This document shows, one piece after another, positions 24,595 through 37,100 of a stretch of 64,000 nucleotides of DNA. The first letter of the stretch is position 1. The number at the start of each line of letters is the position of its first letter. The position numbers and the translations under genes are program-made. The stretch comes from Aplysia californica (Eukaryota): contig NW_004797425.1 in assembly GCF_000002075.1 (NCBI RefSeq), positions 994,145-1,058,144 on the forward strand, in the 5' to 3' direction. Under the pieces are notes generated by a model. That model saw only the letters and a program-made list of their open reading frames with translations. It made no database searches and was not told the origin of the DNA.

Positions 24595-27500
24595 TTTCCG
24601 AATGTTTATTGTATTGAAGGGCGGATGGTTGGCGGATGCCCCGGTGTGATTTGCTCCTTCTCCCCTATCAAACATCTATCGCGTTGTTATCCCTCCTCCC
24701 TTTTTATCTTTCTTAATCTCTTGTAACACCTTTTATGTTCGGCACTTATATGACCTTATTGTGTTGCAAGTGTTGGTTACTCTTATTAACACCAAAAGTT
24801 TTTTGGGTAATTCCGATCTCGTGACTTAACTACGTTTGTGATTCTTATGGGTGGTTGGTCGGTGTTCTTGTGTTGCCCACTCTTTGCGCTTCAGTTTTTA
24901 AATTTTTTTCTTGCGTCCTTGCCGATAGTTAAAGGGTGCCACTGGTAGGTCCTATTTTTTTCGTTCCGTCTATTGTTTCTGTCTGTCTATCTTTCTTCTC
25001 CCCCACACTAAATGACGGTTATCATGCCGATGTGCTTCCCTTTCCCCAAAGTCCCACTCTGTATTAGCTGATCATGGTGGAAATGAGACCGTTTACGTGC
25101 TGACGCTCCGGAAAGAACAGGTGAATAACTGTAACTGTCATTGCCTTGACGATGTGAAGTGTCTACACCCCCCCCCCCCCCCCAAAAAAAAAAAAAAGAA
25201 CTTATCTCGCGGAAAATGGAAAATTATGAGAATGGCCTTATATTCTCGCCGTGAAGCTGGCAATGCCATCTCACCATGGGTATGATAAGTCTGATTCCCA
25301 ACTACTGTGGTTTCGCTACTAATTTAAAAGTCAATTTAAAAAAACCGACATAACTCTGTGTATCANNNNNNNNNNNNNNNNNNNNNNNNNNNNNNNNNNN
25401 NNNNNNNNNNNNNNNNNNNNNNNNNNNNNNNNNNNNNNNNNNNNNNNNNNNNNNNNNNNNNNNNNNNNNNNNNNNNNNNNNNNNNNNNNNNNNNNNNNNN
25501 TGCGGTTTTGCTGGGTTTTTTTTCCGCCGCAGCTGTTTTCAGTTCAAAGAACGTACATTGCTCTTTCTAATTGACGGCAGAATGCTCAAGCAGGGTTCAG
25601 TTACGGTAGATGACCGAAGTGGAAAAGGTGTTCGCCGTTATATCAGCAATTGCATCCTTCCTCATCTTTACCTGGTCTATTGTTGCGCCCTATTTTCTGC
25701 CTTTTTTCCACCCTGCATTACATGGCCATCTTTGTTTTGGGATTCTAGCAACTAAAACCATTTCATAATTGTTTCTTTCATTTTCTGCGAAATTTGAAAC
25801 GTATTCTTTCGCATTTTCCTACTATTCTTTACCATAATATATGCTGTTTAATTCACCGCCCATATGTTCCAGAATAATCATAATGACGCTTTTCTTTGGT
25901 CCACCTTAACACGGAATCCCAAGAGTTAAATGTTCGACCTTAAATGTTAGCTGTGTAGATTTTCTTGCCATGCCCGTTACGTGGTATCAACTCTCTCCAT
26001 AGTGATTCCATGGACTCGCGATTCTGTGTTGAGACTGGCTGAATGTCTGACCTATTTTCAGTCGTCAACGAAGCTACATTGTATACGCTGTCTGATTTAT
26101 CTGTAGAGAAAATATTTTGTGGGCATTTTGAATTTACTTGTAGGTCCTGCTCTCTTCGCCCCCAGTGGGTGGTTGGTGTGTGCTCTGGTATGGTTTGCTC
26201 CTTCTCTCCTATCAAATATCTATCGTCCTTATCTCTCCTTTTTTGTGTTTGTTAATCGCTTGTAACACCGCCAATCATCGGCACTATTATGTTGCAAGTG
26301 CCGTAAAATGCTGACTAAGACAAAATTACCCCCCCCCCCCCCTCACCCCTTTTAAAAAATTTCTACCTTCCTGACTTTTTCCCCAGCGCTAATGGCGGTT
26401 TTTGTGACGATGTGTTTAAATTTAGGGCTTCGTATACGGGTACTTTTAAAAAGTCTACCGTTAAAAGTTTTTAGCCTAATACCGATTCGTCCTGACCGAG
26501 CATACTGTTTCTACGACTTTGTTGCTTTGAAAGTTGTTGTTAAAAGATGCCTGTTATTTTAATACATGTAATCTTCTTTACACACCTCTCCTCACCCTCC
26601 TCCCTTTCTATGTCTCTCTGCTGTCTCAAGTGTGTCTGCCTGACTATTCCACAAAAAACGCACTTCTCGTCACCATTGTTTTGCTTTGTCCCTCTTATGT
26701 ATTTTATCTCGTGGACGGAACATTTTGATTTTGATCGAGCATATTGTTCCGTGCTGGGGTTGTGCATTGTTAGCACGTTTGTTTCCGCTGTTGCCGTTGT
26801 GCTAATTGAAATTGCTTTTACTTTTAGACTGGCACTTGCATAGTTAGTCAAGTTTTGTCGCTCACATACTTGCATGCCCATGGCTTTCCCCAGATTGATG
26901 ATGGAAGCCCCTGTGGCCAGTAATGGTTTTTCTTTCTTCCTATCTGTAACAATAAGATATTGACGATAGGCCTTTGTAGTGGGGCAAATGACATTGCCAG
27001 GTGCACAGTGGAATAGACAGTGCCACAAATAGCCGACTCCATCCCCGACGTGCCGTAGCGTTCTCGTGTCTGCTTCCAGGCCATCTTCTGTAGTTAATTA
27101 ATGTTCTGGTACTGTCTCCTTTCGCATTACGTGGACTGGGTTTTGAAGAGTGATTTGAGGAAAATATGCGTTGTCTTTGAAACGACAGGCGATGACACGT
27201 TAAACAGCAATTGTCCTCACTACCTCACAACTGGTTGGTTTATCATCTTTGCTTTTGTTATTATCCCCAAGCCTGAAGAAAATTTGTTCACTGTTGTAGT
27301 GTTGCCACTTTTGCTCCTGTCTTCTTTGCGTCCTGGGGTTGTTACTCTCCATACAGATTCCCATGTGAGAAGAATTTTTTATCGATTATCTCGGTCTTTC
27401 TACTGGAACGTCGAATTCCTCTCAGACCGGGCTGACCCTGACAGTCAGGGTCGAAGCCCTCGTCTTAAATGGTCTACATTGTGTAGATGGGAAATCTGCA

Positions 27501-27689
27501 TTACGAAGATGTTTTCTTTCTTTATGAAGCTTAAGCCCCCGACTCACTATGCAGTTCCCAATCTCAAGACAGTCAGACGATCTCAAGGCGGCCACAAGAT
27601 GGTCTCACGATCGGATCCGTGAGCGATCTCATTTGTGCCCACACACTACACAGGCTGGCACCTTATCAGAATGCCTCCCACCCAAAGTG

Positions 27690-28080
27690 AAGTTGTCTTT
27701 AGGGTTTTAGTCATTCCCAAAAAGGGGGGGGGGGTATTAACTTGTTCTTATGCACAGTAGAATTGTAAATGGGCTGATTTATCAATGTCATGCTCATACT
27801 GTGCCGGAACAACATAGGGGGAACTGCTGCTTTTTCTTTCTTCATCCTTACTGTCGTAATTTATCCTCTACCTCTTTTGTATATTTGTCACTCGTGAACT
27901 GCTATTTCTGAGATGCCTGGATAGTCGAAGCATACGTTGTGCTGTTGAGCCTAGAGAGGTGAGCAGAGTAAGCCTGATTCCCCTTTTGGACTTTTCTATT
28001 GATATCCACTCCTTGGTGCTCATATATGACCTTATGCAGTTGCTAACGCCGTAAAACCTTACTAAAACAAACAAAACAAA
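27690..28080 (+). mobile_element. I/Nimb-like LINE 3' UTR fragment
   Basis: Colinear with 50780-51165; ends ATATGACCTTATGCAGTTGC..CGCCGTAAAACC plus A-rich tail, shared with SINE family B. Confidence 0.7.
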
Positions 28081-30384
28081 AGTGAAGTTGCTGCAGCCTG
28101 TATAGTTTTGAGGATTTCTCTGAAGACAAAAAGGTGAAAACAATTATGGTGCAAACAATGGTTTCTTCGGCGGGAGGAATTCACTCACGCTCACCTTTTA
28201 AAGGACTATACTATAACTACTATAAGTTTCATTCTCTAGTAACACCTGTGTTGCAAGTGCCGTAGAACTTTTACTAAAACCAAAACTAATCTGTTCATTC
28301 CCTCCTCTTTACTGTGCCTTCTTTACCGTTCAGACGCGCGTTTTCTTTTTCGTCCGTTTCCCCATCGTTGTTTGTCTTTCTCAGTGTGTACTGTTCAGGC
28401 GTACATTAGCTTCTACTCGGTTTGTTTCCACTTGTTTGCTCCCCCCGACGGTTGGTGTTGAGTGTAAAAGGAGAGGTTCTTTTCAACTGCACAGCGTTTC
28501 ATACATGCTGCTTCCCAGCTCTTGGAGTGGGTGGTTGGTGGGTGCTCTGGTGTAGTTTGCTCCTCTCTTTCCAAAAATCCGTCGTCCTGATTTCTTCCCC
28601 TTCTTTCCCGTAAAATACATCTAACCTTCCGTACTTATGTATGACTTTATTGTGTTGCACGGGCCGCGGAACGCTTACTAAAACTTAAATGTACATGCTG
28701 CTTCTCGAGTCCTGGGGTGTAGGACTTCGGAGGAGGGCAAGGAGGACAGCATAGCAGGTGGGTGGTTGGAGGGTGCCACTTCTTTTCTTTCTCACAATCG
28801 TTATTGTCTTTTGTTCTTTCTTTTCTTTTCAGCATTAAAATATAACCGCTGTTGTATCCATGTGCTTCTCCTAACTCAGTTCGTAGAGGCAGAGAGTTTT
28901 GTTTTTCTCGACAGCACAACCGAGACTTGAGTGTGTGACTTCAGATTAGGGAAAGCAGAACGGCACGGTAGACGAACTTCGTCGAGAGCGCTGCACGCGT
29001 CGCGGTGTGTGCTGCTGGGCTAGCCGGCCAGGATATTATGCATTCAGCGGGTGGTTGAAGGGCGCTACTGACAGGTCCTACTTCTCTTTACTTCTCTACT
29101 TATTCACTTTCCCTTTGTTATTTCGGTCTATCAGCCGTGATTTGGGGTGCTTGGCGGGTGTTCTGGTGAGGTTTGCTCCTTCTTTCCTATCACATTCAAA
29201 CATCTATCGTCCTTATCTATCCTCCTTTTTGTGTTTGTTACTCTCTTGTAACATCTAACAGTCGGCACTTATATGACCTTATTGTGTTGCCGTAAAACCC
29301 TTTATTGAAACTAAGTCTGTCTGTTTGGTTTTCCCCCTACACCAAAATGCACATGCATTCTTGCCTTCTCTTCACCTTGAGCTGTAGTGTGTCAGAGGGA
29401 AGAGCAGTAAAGTTACCACATCGTAGGGCAGCTTGAAACTGAACTGCACAGTGTACACTCACTGACTCATTGCTACAACGCTACAAACATTTAATTGCTG
29501 TTCCGAAAAGGTGATCAAAAGGGTGCAGTGTTATGCTTGTATGTGTTTTGTATATCAGCAGGTTTTTGGAATGTTTCTCTTTCTACTACTAATGGGTATC
29601 AGCATGGATGGTTGGAGGGCGTCTTCCCTGGTTAGGTCTACTTCTGTCCCTCTTCTGTTTCTCTTTTTTCTGTCTGCATGACTCTTTCTTTGCACGAACT
29701 GACCCGACCGTTATTTTGTCTCAATGTACTCCTCTTTACTCAATACGTAGAAGCAGAGGTTCTTTTCTGCAGCACCACCGAATCTTTAGTGTTTGACTTC
29801 ACAGAGTAGAGAAAGCAGGACAGCGCGGCAGGTGAACTCCTACTGCTTGTACCCAAACTACGCGATACGTCATATTATTTTGCTGCCGGCTAGCCGACGA
29901 GGACATGACATGCCTCCAGCATTCGTCCTTAGCTTCCCTTTGTCTTGAGCTGAAGCAGGCCAGAGGTCAACGCGGTCAACACATGGACATGTATGCCTGC
30001 TTGAAACTGAAACACACAGAGAAAACGAACGACAAACACATTGCTACGACGTCACAGATAGCTCGAACTGCTGTTGTTTCGAAAAAGGGACAGAATGAGC
30101 ACCGTGTGCTGCTGTTGTATTAAAACGTTGCCTCTCTAAAGGGGGTGACCTTGTAAGGCTTGTTGTACCGCAGGTTTTCAAACGGTCTCTCCACTGCATG
30201 ATATACTTCTGGATACCTGCTCAGGGTATTTTGCCTTGTCATACAAACAGTATACACTGTGTGGAATGGGAGGGGGGGGGGGGGGGTTGTGGAATTTAAA
30301 CGTTTTTGTTTTCTTGTTGGATGTTGTAGAATCTAGACCTAGTAGTAGTGACAGTCTTTTCCTCCCGTTCTCAGCCCATTCCTA

Positions 30385-30650
30385 CAGCGGTTGTCGTCCT
30401 TCTTGTGCCCCCGCCCTGTTTCTGTCTGCTGTTTGGCGGGCGGGTCGGGGCACGCACGGTGCACGCACACTCCCGCGCTCGAGTCAGCAGCCACTCGACA
30501 AACGCCAGGCCGGCTGGAGGTGGTGGCCTGATAGGGCGGGCAGACGGGCAGCTCAGGCAGATCTCTGGCTGGCGGGCCGCGCCAGGTCTATTTTTAGCTC
30601 AAGCGTCCCGCGCCGCTGGCTGAACCCAAGATTCTCTACTTGGCTGAACG
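30385..30650. promoter_or_regulatory. Intronic GC/CpG-rich patch with MEF2 consensus site
   Basis: Dense CpG, several GGGCGG boxes, and CTATTTTTAG at 30588-30597. Confidence 0.45.
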
Positions 30651-32639
30651 GTTGGCAAATCAACAACCTTCCCCTCGCACAACCTCATGACCCGTTTAGC
30701 CTATTATTATTATTAATAATATTATTATGACTATTATAATAATTATTATTACTATACTATCATGTTGGTGTTGTTGTTTTTGCTTCTTGTTTTCTCTTTA
30801 AGTGCTAAATAATTTCTCAGTTGTCTCTTCAGACAGAACCTTGAATCTATGGACTTTGGACCCACGGTTCATGACGTGCCATAATTTTCTTTATAAAAAG
30901 AACTCGATTGGAAGTTTCTTTTCGTCCAGAGAGATGAACGGGAGAATATAAATTTTGCTTTGACGCGCACGCACACATTTTTGTGTGTATGTTTCTATGT
31001 GTGTCAGTCATGTGAAGGAGAGGCAGTTAGGAGTTAAGGGGATATTTGGAGGCTTTTTTGTCGGGGAATTGTGGTTCTTTCTGATGCACAGTGGATCAGT
31101 GTATTCGATCCCAAAGCTAAAGGGGGGGAAGGGGGGGGGGGGTAGCATATCTAATCTTTGATATGACATTTGAATAGTTTGGCTTAAAAATCTTCGTGCA
31201 GTACCGGTCGTTTGACCCATCTCAAATCTCTAAAAGAATCATTGTCCGCTGCGAGTAGTAGATTGCAAGCGCTGGAAGGGGCCTACTCCTTTTTAAATTG
31301 CTTTCCCTCTTGTTTGCCCGTTTACATCTTTCATCATAGTTGTGTACAATGACCGTTATCACGCCTATGTGCATCTCTTACTTAAATTAAGCACGCTCTG
31401 CTACCAAAAGCGGGTGGTTGGAGGGCGCCAGGTGTAGATTCAACTTCTTTCCTTACCCTCTGTTGGTCCTGTGTCTGTCTTGCCTTTCCCCTCCACTAAA
31501 TGGCCGTTATCGCGTCGACATGCTTCGTTTTACCCAAGACTCATTACCCATTTGCGTTTTCGAATAACGAATGTATTCTTTCAGTATTTATGTCTTTTGA
31601 ACCCATGCATACAAAGCCATTTCCCTTTTCATAACCATGGGGGCTGTGTGCTTCATCGGGGTGCGCATGGGTTTTTGGAGTGCCACTGGTTGATCCTCAC
31701 TTTTCCTCGGTCATTTCTGTCTGTCAGCTTTGCTCTTTCCCAACACCAAACATGACCATTATCGTGTCGACTTGCTTCCTTGTTAACTTGAACGAAAATT
31801 TACCGTCCGTTTACACAATAGACTCTTTATAATAGCAAGACTTCGCATACAACTGTATGAAAATTCCGTTTACACAAAACAGTGTGCTGCATCGGGTACT
31901 TGGTTGGACGGTTGATTGACAGTCCTCGCCACTGATTATAATTTGCGGTCCCTGGCTCACATAGTATTTTGATGGTTACCCACCACCATGGCACCTTTTT
32001 ACTCTCATCACACGTTTGTTTGTGTTCGCCTGTTCGGCACTGGTCGTTGGTGGACGGTTGTCTGTTTCTACTCTCATTTCTTGTTCTTTTTGTCCGACCC
32101 CCCCCCCCCCTTTCCCGCCCGCTCTAGCAAAGAAGTATGACGGTTGTCTGACTTGTGATAATAGAGTGTATTTCAAGAACGGGAGAGTTTTTGCTGCTGT
32201 TGCAAACGCTCAGTCAGGGTTTTACAGTGGGGACAGTTGATCTCATCTCTCTCTACCCCGTGCCGTGTTTGTTGATAGAATCAAGTGAAACCATAATATT
32301 ATTAGGTCCTAATTTCTTCTTTTTTTTTTTTTGTTCTGCTTGTTGCTTATTAAAAAGTGGGTAGTTGACGGTTGCTCTGGTGTGATTTGCTCTTTCTTTC
32401 ATGATAAACAATAAACATCTTTCACCCTTATCTTTTCTTTTCTTTATATGTTACTCTCTTATAACACCTCTAATAATGTTGGCACTTATATGACCTATTT
32501 GTGTTGCAAGTGCTGTAAAATTGACTGAAAGTAAACTTGTTTTGAAATATACTCCAGCTAATGCCATTTTCTGATGAGAGAAGGATACAGGAGTGACAAA
32601 AAGATAAAGCACTAGTTTGTTCTGTTGTTCTTTGTGTTT

Positions 32640-32655
32640 CTCTTTCTCTCCCTCC

Positions 32656-32720
<65 letters not shown>
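32640..32720. repeat. (CT)n microsatellite
   Basis: CT run next to the assembly gap. Confidence 0.95.
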
Positions 32721-32724
<4 letters not shown>

Positions 32725-32750
32725 TAAATCCTTACTCTAAAACCATTTAG

Positions 32751-33678
32751 NNNNNNNNNNNNNNNNNNNNNNNNNNNNNNNNNNNNNNNNNNNNNNNNNN
32801 NNNNNNNNNNNNNNNNNNNNNNNNNNNNNNNNNNNNNNNNNNNNNNNNNNNNNNNNNNNNNNNNNNNNNNNNNNNNNNNNNNNNNNNNNNNNNNNNNNNN
32901 NNNNNNNNNNNNNNNNNNNNNNNNNNNNNNNNNNNNNNNNNNNNNNNNNNNNNNNNNNNNNNNNNNNNNNNNNNNNNNNNNNNNNNNNNNNNNNNNNNNN
33001 NNNNNNNNNNNNNNNNNNNNNNNNNNNNNNNNNNNNNNNNNNNNNNNNNNNNNNNNNNNNNNNNNNNNNNNNNNNNNNNNNNNNNNNNNNNNNNNNNNNN
33101 NNNNNNNNNNNNNNNNNNNNNNNNNNNNNNNNNNNNNNNNNNNNNNNNNNNNNNNNNNNNNNNNNNNNNNNNNNNNNNNNNNNNNNNNNNNNNNNNNNNN
33201 NNNNNNNNNNNNNNNNNNNNNNNNNNNNNNNNNNNNNNNNNNNNNNNNNNNNNNNNNNNNNNNNNNNNNNNNNNNNNNNNNNNNNNNNNNNNNNNNNNNN
33301 NNNNNNNNNNNNNNNNNNNNNNNNNNNNNNNNNNNNNNNNNNNNNNNNNNNNNNNNNNNNNNNNNNNNNNNNNNNNNNNNNNNNNNNNNNNNNNNNNNNN
33401 NNNNNNNNNNNNNNNNNNNNNNNNNNNNNNNNNNNNNNNNNNNNNNNNNNNNNNNNNNNNNNNNNNNNNNNNNNNNNNNNNNNNNNNNNNNNNNNNNNNN
33501 NNNNNNNNNNNNNNNNNNNNNNNNNNNNNNNNNNNNNNNNNNNNNNNNNNNNNNNNNNNNNNNNNNNNNNNNNNNNNNNNNNNNNNNNNNNNNNNNNNNN
33601 NNNNNNNNNNNNNNNNNNNNNNNNNNNNNNNNNNNNNNNNNNNNNNNNNNNNNNNNNNNNNNNNNNNNNNNNNNNNNN
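32751..33678. other. Assembly gap (others at 240-389 and 25366-25500)
   Basis: Runs of N. Confidence 1.
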
Positions 33679-34111
33679 ACAGGTGTAACAACCTATAAAG
33701 ATGAATGATATAACCTGCAGAGAAGGGCACAGTTTTAGTGTTTTGCTGAAAGGCACTGATGTAGAGAGTGAACTTGAAACCAGATACTAGAAATCCTATG
33801 CTTTGGCTTGCCAGCTGGCACCTTTGTTGTTCAAGTATTTTAATGAAAAATTCCTTTCCTTGAAGTTTTTTTCTCTAAGCATTGTGAATTCAAACATAAA
33901 GAGCTATTTTGGTGTCAGAAAAGGGAAAAGTGGTACATTTTTCTGCTGTAACAACTGTCTACCATATCAAAGTTGGTGACTGAAGATATATTGTAACCAT
34001 TTGATGTCTATTGCATCAGTGAATCATTTTCATCATAACATACTAATGAGGGAACAAGTGAACAAAGCCAGTTTGGCCTGTTACTAATGAACAATGATGC
34101 AATTTCTTCAG

Positions 34112-37100
34112 ATTCTGAAAGAGATGCTCCAGTGTTGGAACCAGAAGCCGAACATGCACAGAGACTGGATGATGATGTGTCTCAAGGACCCCCTGATCTT
34201 CCAGTGGAGCCCACACATCCTCAGAGGACAACCAGATCATCGTCATCGTCTTCTGTGTCTTTAACGCCATCAACGCCTGCTTCTGCACCAGGCGCTCTGC
34301 AATTTAAGCTGAAAACAGACCCAAATAGTGGCAAGTCTAAAGTGTCTTTCCAGCTGAGAAGGAGCCTCCGCAATAATGCCCTGAAAGTGGCTGATGATGA
34401 GGACAATGAGGAAGAGGCGAAAATCGCTGAGGATAATGCCAAAGGTCCTGGAGAGGCCGTAGAAGTTTTGGAGAAAAAGGCGGCAGATGAATACGTACCC
34501 ACGAGATTCAAGGTTGCCAAGAAGCATGACATGTTTCGGCCGGACATAGTGCCTACCAATGTGACGGTTGTTTTCAGCTCGGCTGGTATAGGTGGTGGTG
34601 GGCCGATCGTTGAACCAAGTAGTCCAGCACCTAGACTTGTCCCTCAGCCCCCTGCTCCAACTGGGGCAGAACTACCTACCTCAGACGATTCAGGTCACAA
34701 GCCCCTTGGTGCTCTTGTAAATGCTGGAGAAGAGGTCAAGACATCAGAGAAAATTGATGGAGACACGAGAGGAAAGGGAGGAGATGAGAAAGAGACAAGC
34801 TCTGTTACTGTCAAGGAAGGTCAGGAAGTTACAGATAGGGAGAGTGCTGGGCAGGATAGTAGAACTGATCAAGATTTGTCCCGTGATGAGCGCCGAAGCA
34901 AAAGGTCAGATACAAGGAAAGATTTGGAAAGGGGGAGTAGCAAGGAAGACAAAGCTGACTCTCCTTCTCAGCACAATACGAGGCAAAGAAAGAGAGAAGA
35001 GAAAAGTGAAAAGAAAAAGTCCGACCGAGATGATGATGATGGAAGAAGAAAACGCAGGGAAAGTAGAGACAGGGAGGAGGAGGAGAGACCCCGGAGGCAG
35101 TCAACAAGATCTTCGTCGAGGTACAAGAAAGATGTAAGTGATGATGAAAGCAAAGATTATGATAAATACAGCGGTAAGAATCGGCGTTCTAACAGACAGA
35201 GCAAGAGAGATAAAGAAGAGGATGAGGACAGGGTTGATAGTGACACAGTGCAGAGGTCTTCTAGAAGACGGCAGGAGGATTCTCCAAAGCGCTCTCGGTC
35301 TCGAGGTAGCCGGAGGCAGAGCAAAAGTCCTAGTCGAGAACGAAAGCGCAAAAGTGTCAGCCCAGTTCATGACAGGGTTTCAAGGAAATCAGAAAGTGGG
35401 AGGGGTGGATCAAGAAAATCTAGTCCTGGCGGTCGCCGAAGAAGTGACAGTAGTGATGGAAGTGAAGAGAAAGAAAAATCTGAGAGGAAAGAAGATACTG
35501 TAGATGAATCGGGTGACGGTAAAAGTGAGAAGCAAGTCAAAAAGATTGTTCTTCAAAGGTCCCGAAATTCAGGTGATTTTGTAGTAGCTGAAAGCAAGCT
35601 TGGGGAAAATGAGGATAGCAGAAGTAAAGTTGACAAAAAGGAGGATGATGGCCAGACTCCTTCTGAAGAGGTAAAGGCTGGTGATAAAAAGGAGGAAGGC
35701 TTTAAAAAAAATGTGGAGGAGGAGGAGGAAGTCTCAGAAAGGAAAAAAGGAAGCAGTAAAATGTCTTCTCCGAATGATAAAGATTCTCATGAAAGTATTG
35801 CTCAGGCTCAAGACCAGGTGAGAGTGAAACAACAGAAAGAACTACCTGCAGAGGAAAGTAAAATGGTTGACAAAGCATGTTCTGATAAAAAGGACAAAAA
35901 ACTGCATAGAAGAGACAAAACAAAAAGGCACTCATCCTCAACTGAAGAAGAGGAAGACAACGAGGAGTCAAAACGACGTTCTCTTAGAGGTCAGGCTCGA
36001 GGCGAGAAGAAAGAATTGGAGAAAGTAAAACATAAGAACTCTCCAGAGGAAAGAAAAGAAGGAAATGATTTAGTTACTGATAAAAAGGGGGGGAAAATGG
36101 GGGAAAAGTCAAAATCAAGACACGACTCTTCTTCTTCATCAGAGGAAGAGAATGTCTCCAGAGAGTCAAAACGTCTTTCACTTAGAAGTCAGTCTCGTGA
36201 TGGGGAAAAGGAACGTGAGAAAATGGGAAGAAGGAGAGAAAAGTCACCTGTAGAAGGTAAAGCGATGAATGATGCAGTTGTTGATGAAAAGGAAAGAAAA
36301 CTTAAGAAGAAAGACAAAGCAAAAAGAAGGTCATCTTCCTCTGAGGAAGAGAAAGATGATGGAGGGTCAAAAGCACATTCACGGAAAAGTCGACACAGAG
36401 AAGAGGTATCCCCTGAGCAGGTCCCCGAAAAGGCAAGTGCAAGCAGACAAGGTTCTTGTGCTGATGTGGACATGAGAGATGATAACGGGGGTGGTTCTGA
36501 GGCTAGAGTTGTTCCAGAATCTGAAGGAAAGCCCTCCCATCAGCTGATCCCCAAGCAGGTGTTTGAGCCGGCGCTTCCACCAGAGCAGGTCTTGGTTGAT
36601 GTTTCCGCCCTTCCTGGCAAGAGTAAATGGGAGCTTGATGAGGAAGAAGAGGAACAGCAGAGGCTGGGAGGTGGGAGGAGGTCAAGATTTCATGATGCGT
36701 CTGAGTATGTTGAGCCTGTGCGGAGGTTTGAACGAGTTGTTGCACCTGTCGAGGTTGAACGTAGCTCCCGTTCAGGCGGGATGGAGTGGGGGGGTCGCGT
36801 GGGTGGGATGCGAGTGGGTAAAGTGCGAGAGAGCAGTAGCAATGAGGAGGAGGTAACTCATGAGCTGAAGAAACAGAAAGAGAAGAAAAAGCACAAGGTA
36901 AAGAGCAAGTCGGAGAAGAAAGCAAAGAAGAAGAAAAAGAAGCAGGAGGAAAGTGGGGAGGAGTCTCAGAAAAACCTCGAAGGTGATAAAGAGATGGTGC
37001 AAGATACTGAAGAGAGAGAAGAGCAAGAGAAAATGGAGGAAAGCAAAAGTCTTGAAGTCAAGAGTGAGACCAAGGAGATCAGTGAAGAGGAAAAAGTTCA

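Noticed and set aside
27101-27622. 173-aa plus-strand ORF in intron 2 as a missing SETD2 exon
   Set aside because: Composition is unlike the gene, and no phase 0-to-1 splice sites were found.
32170-32280. Minus-strand peptide with CPHC (DEINCPHCKTLT), RING-like
   Set aside because: Short, bounded by stops, with no splice acceptor or other zinc ligands.
32737-33756. Long ORFs spanning N runs (also 89-537 and 25358-25570)
   Set aside because: Artefacts of assembly gaps translated as X.
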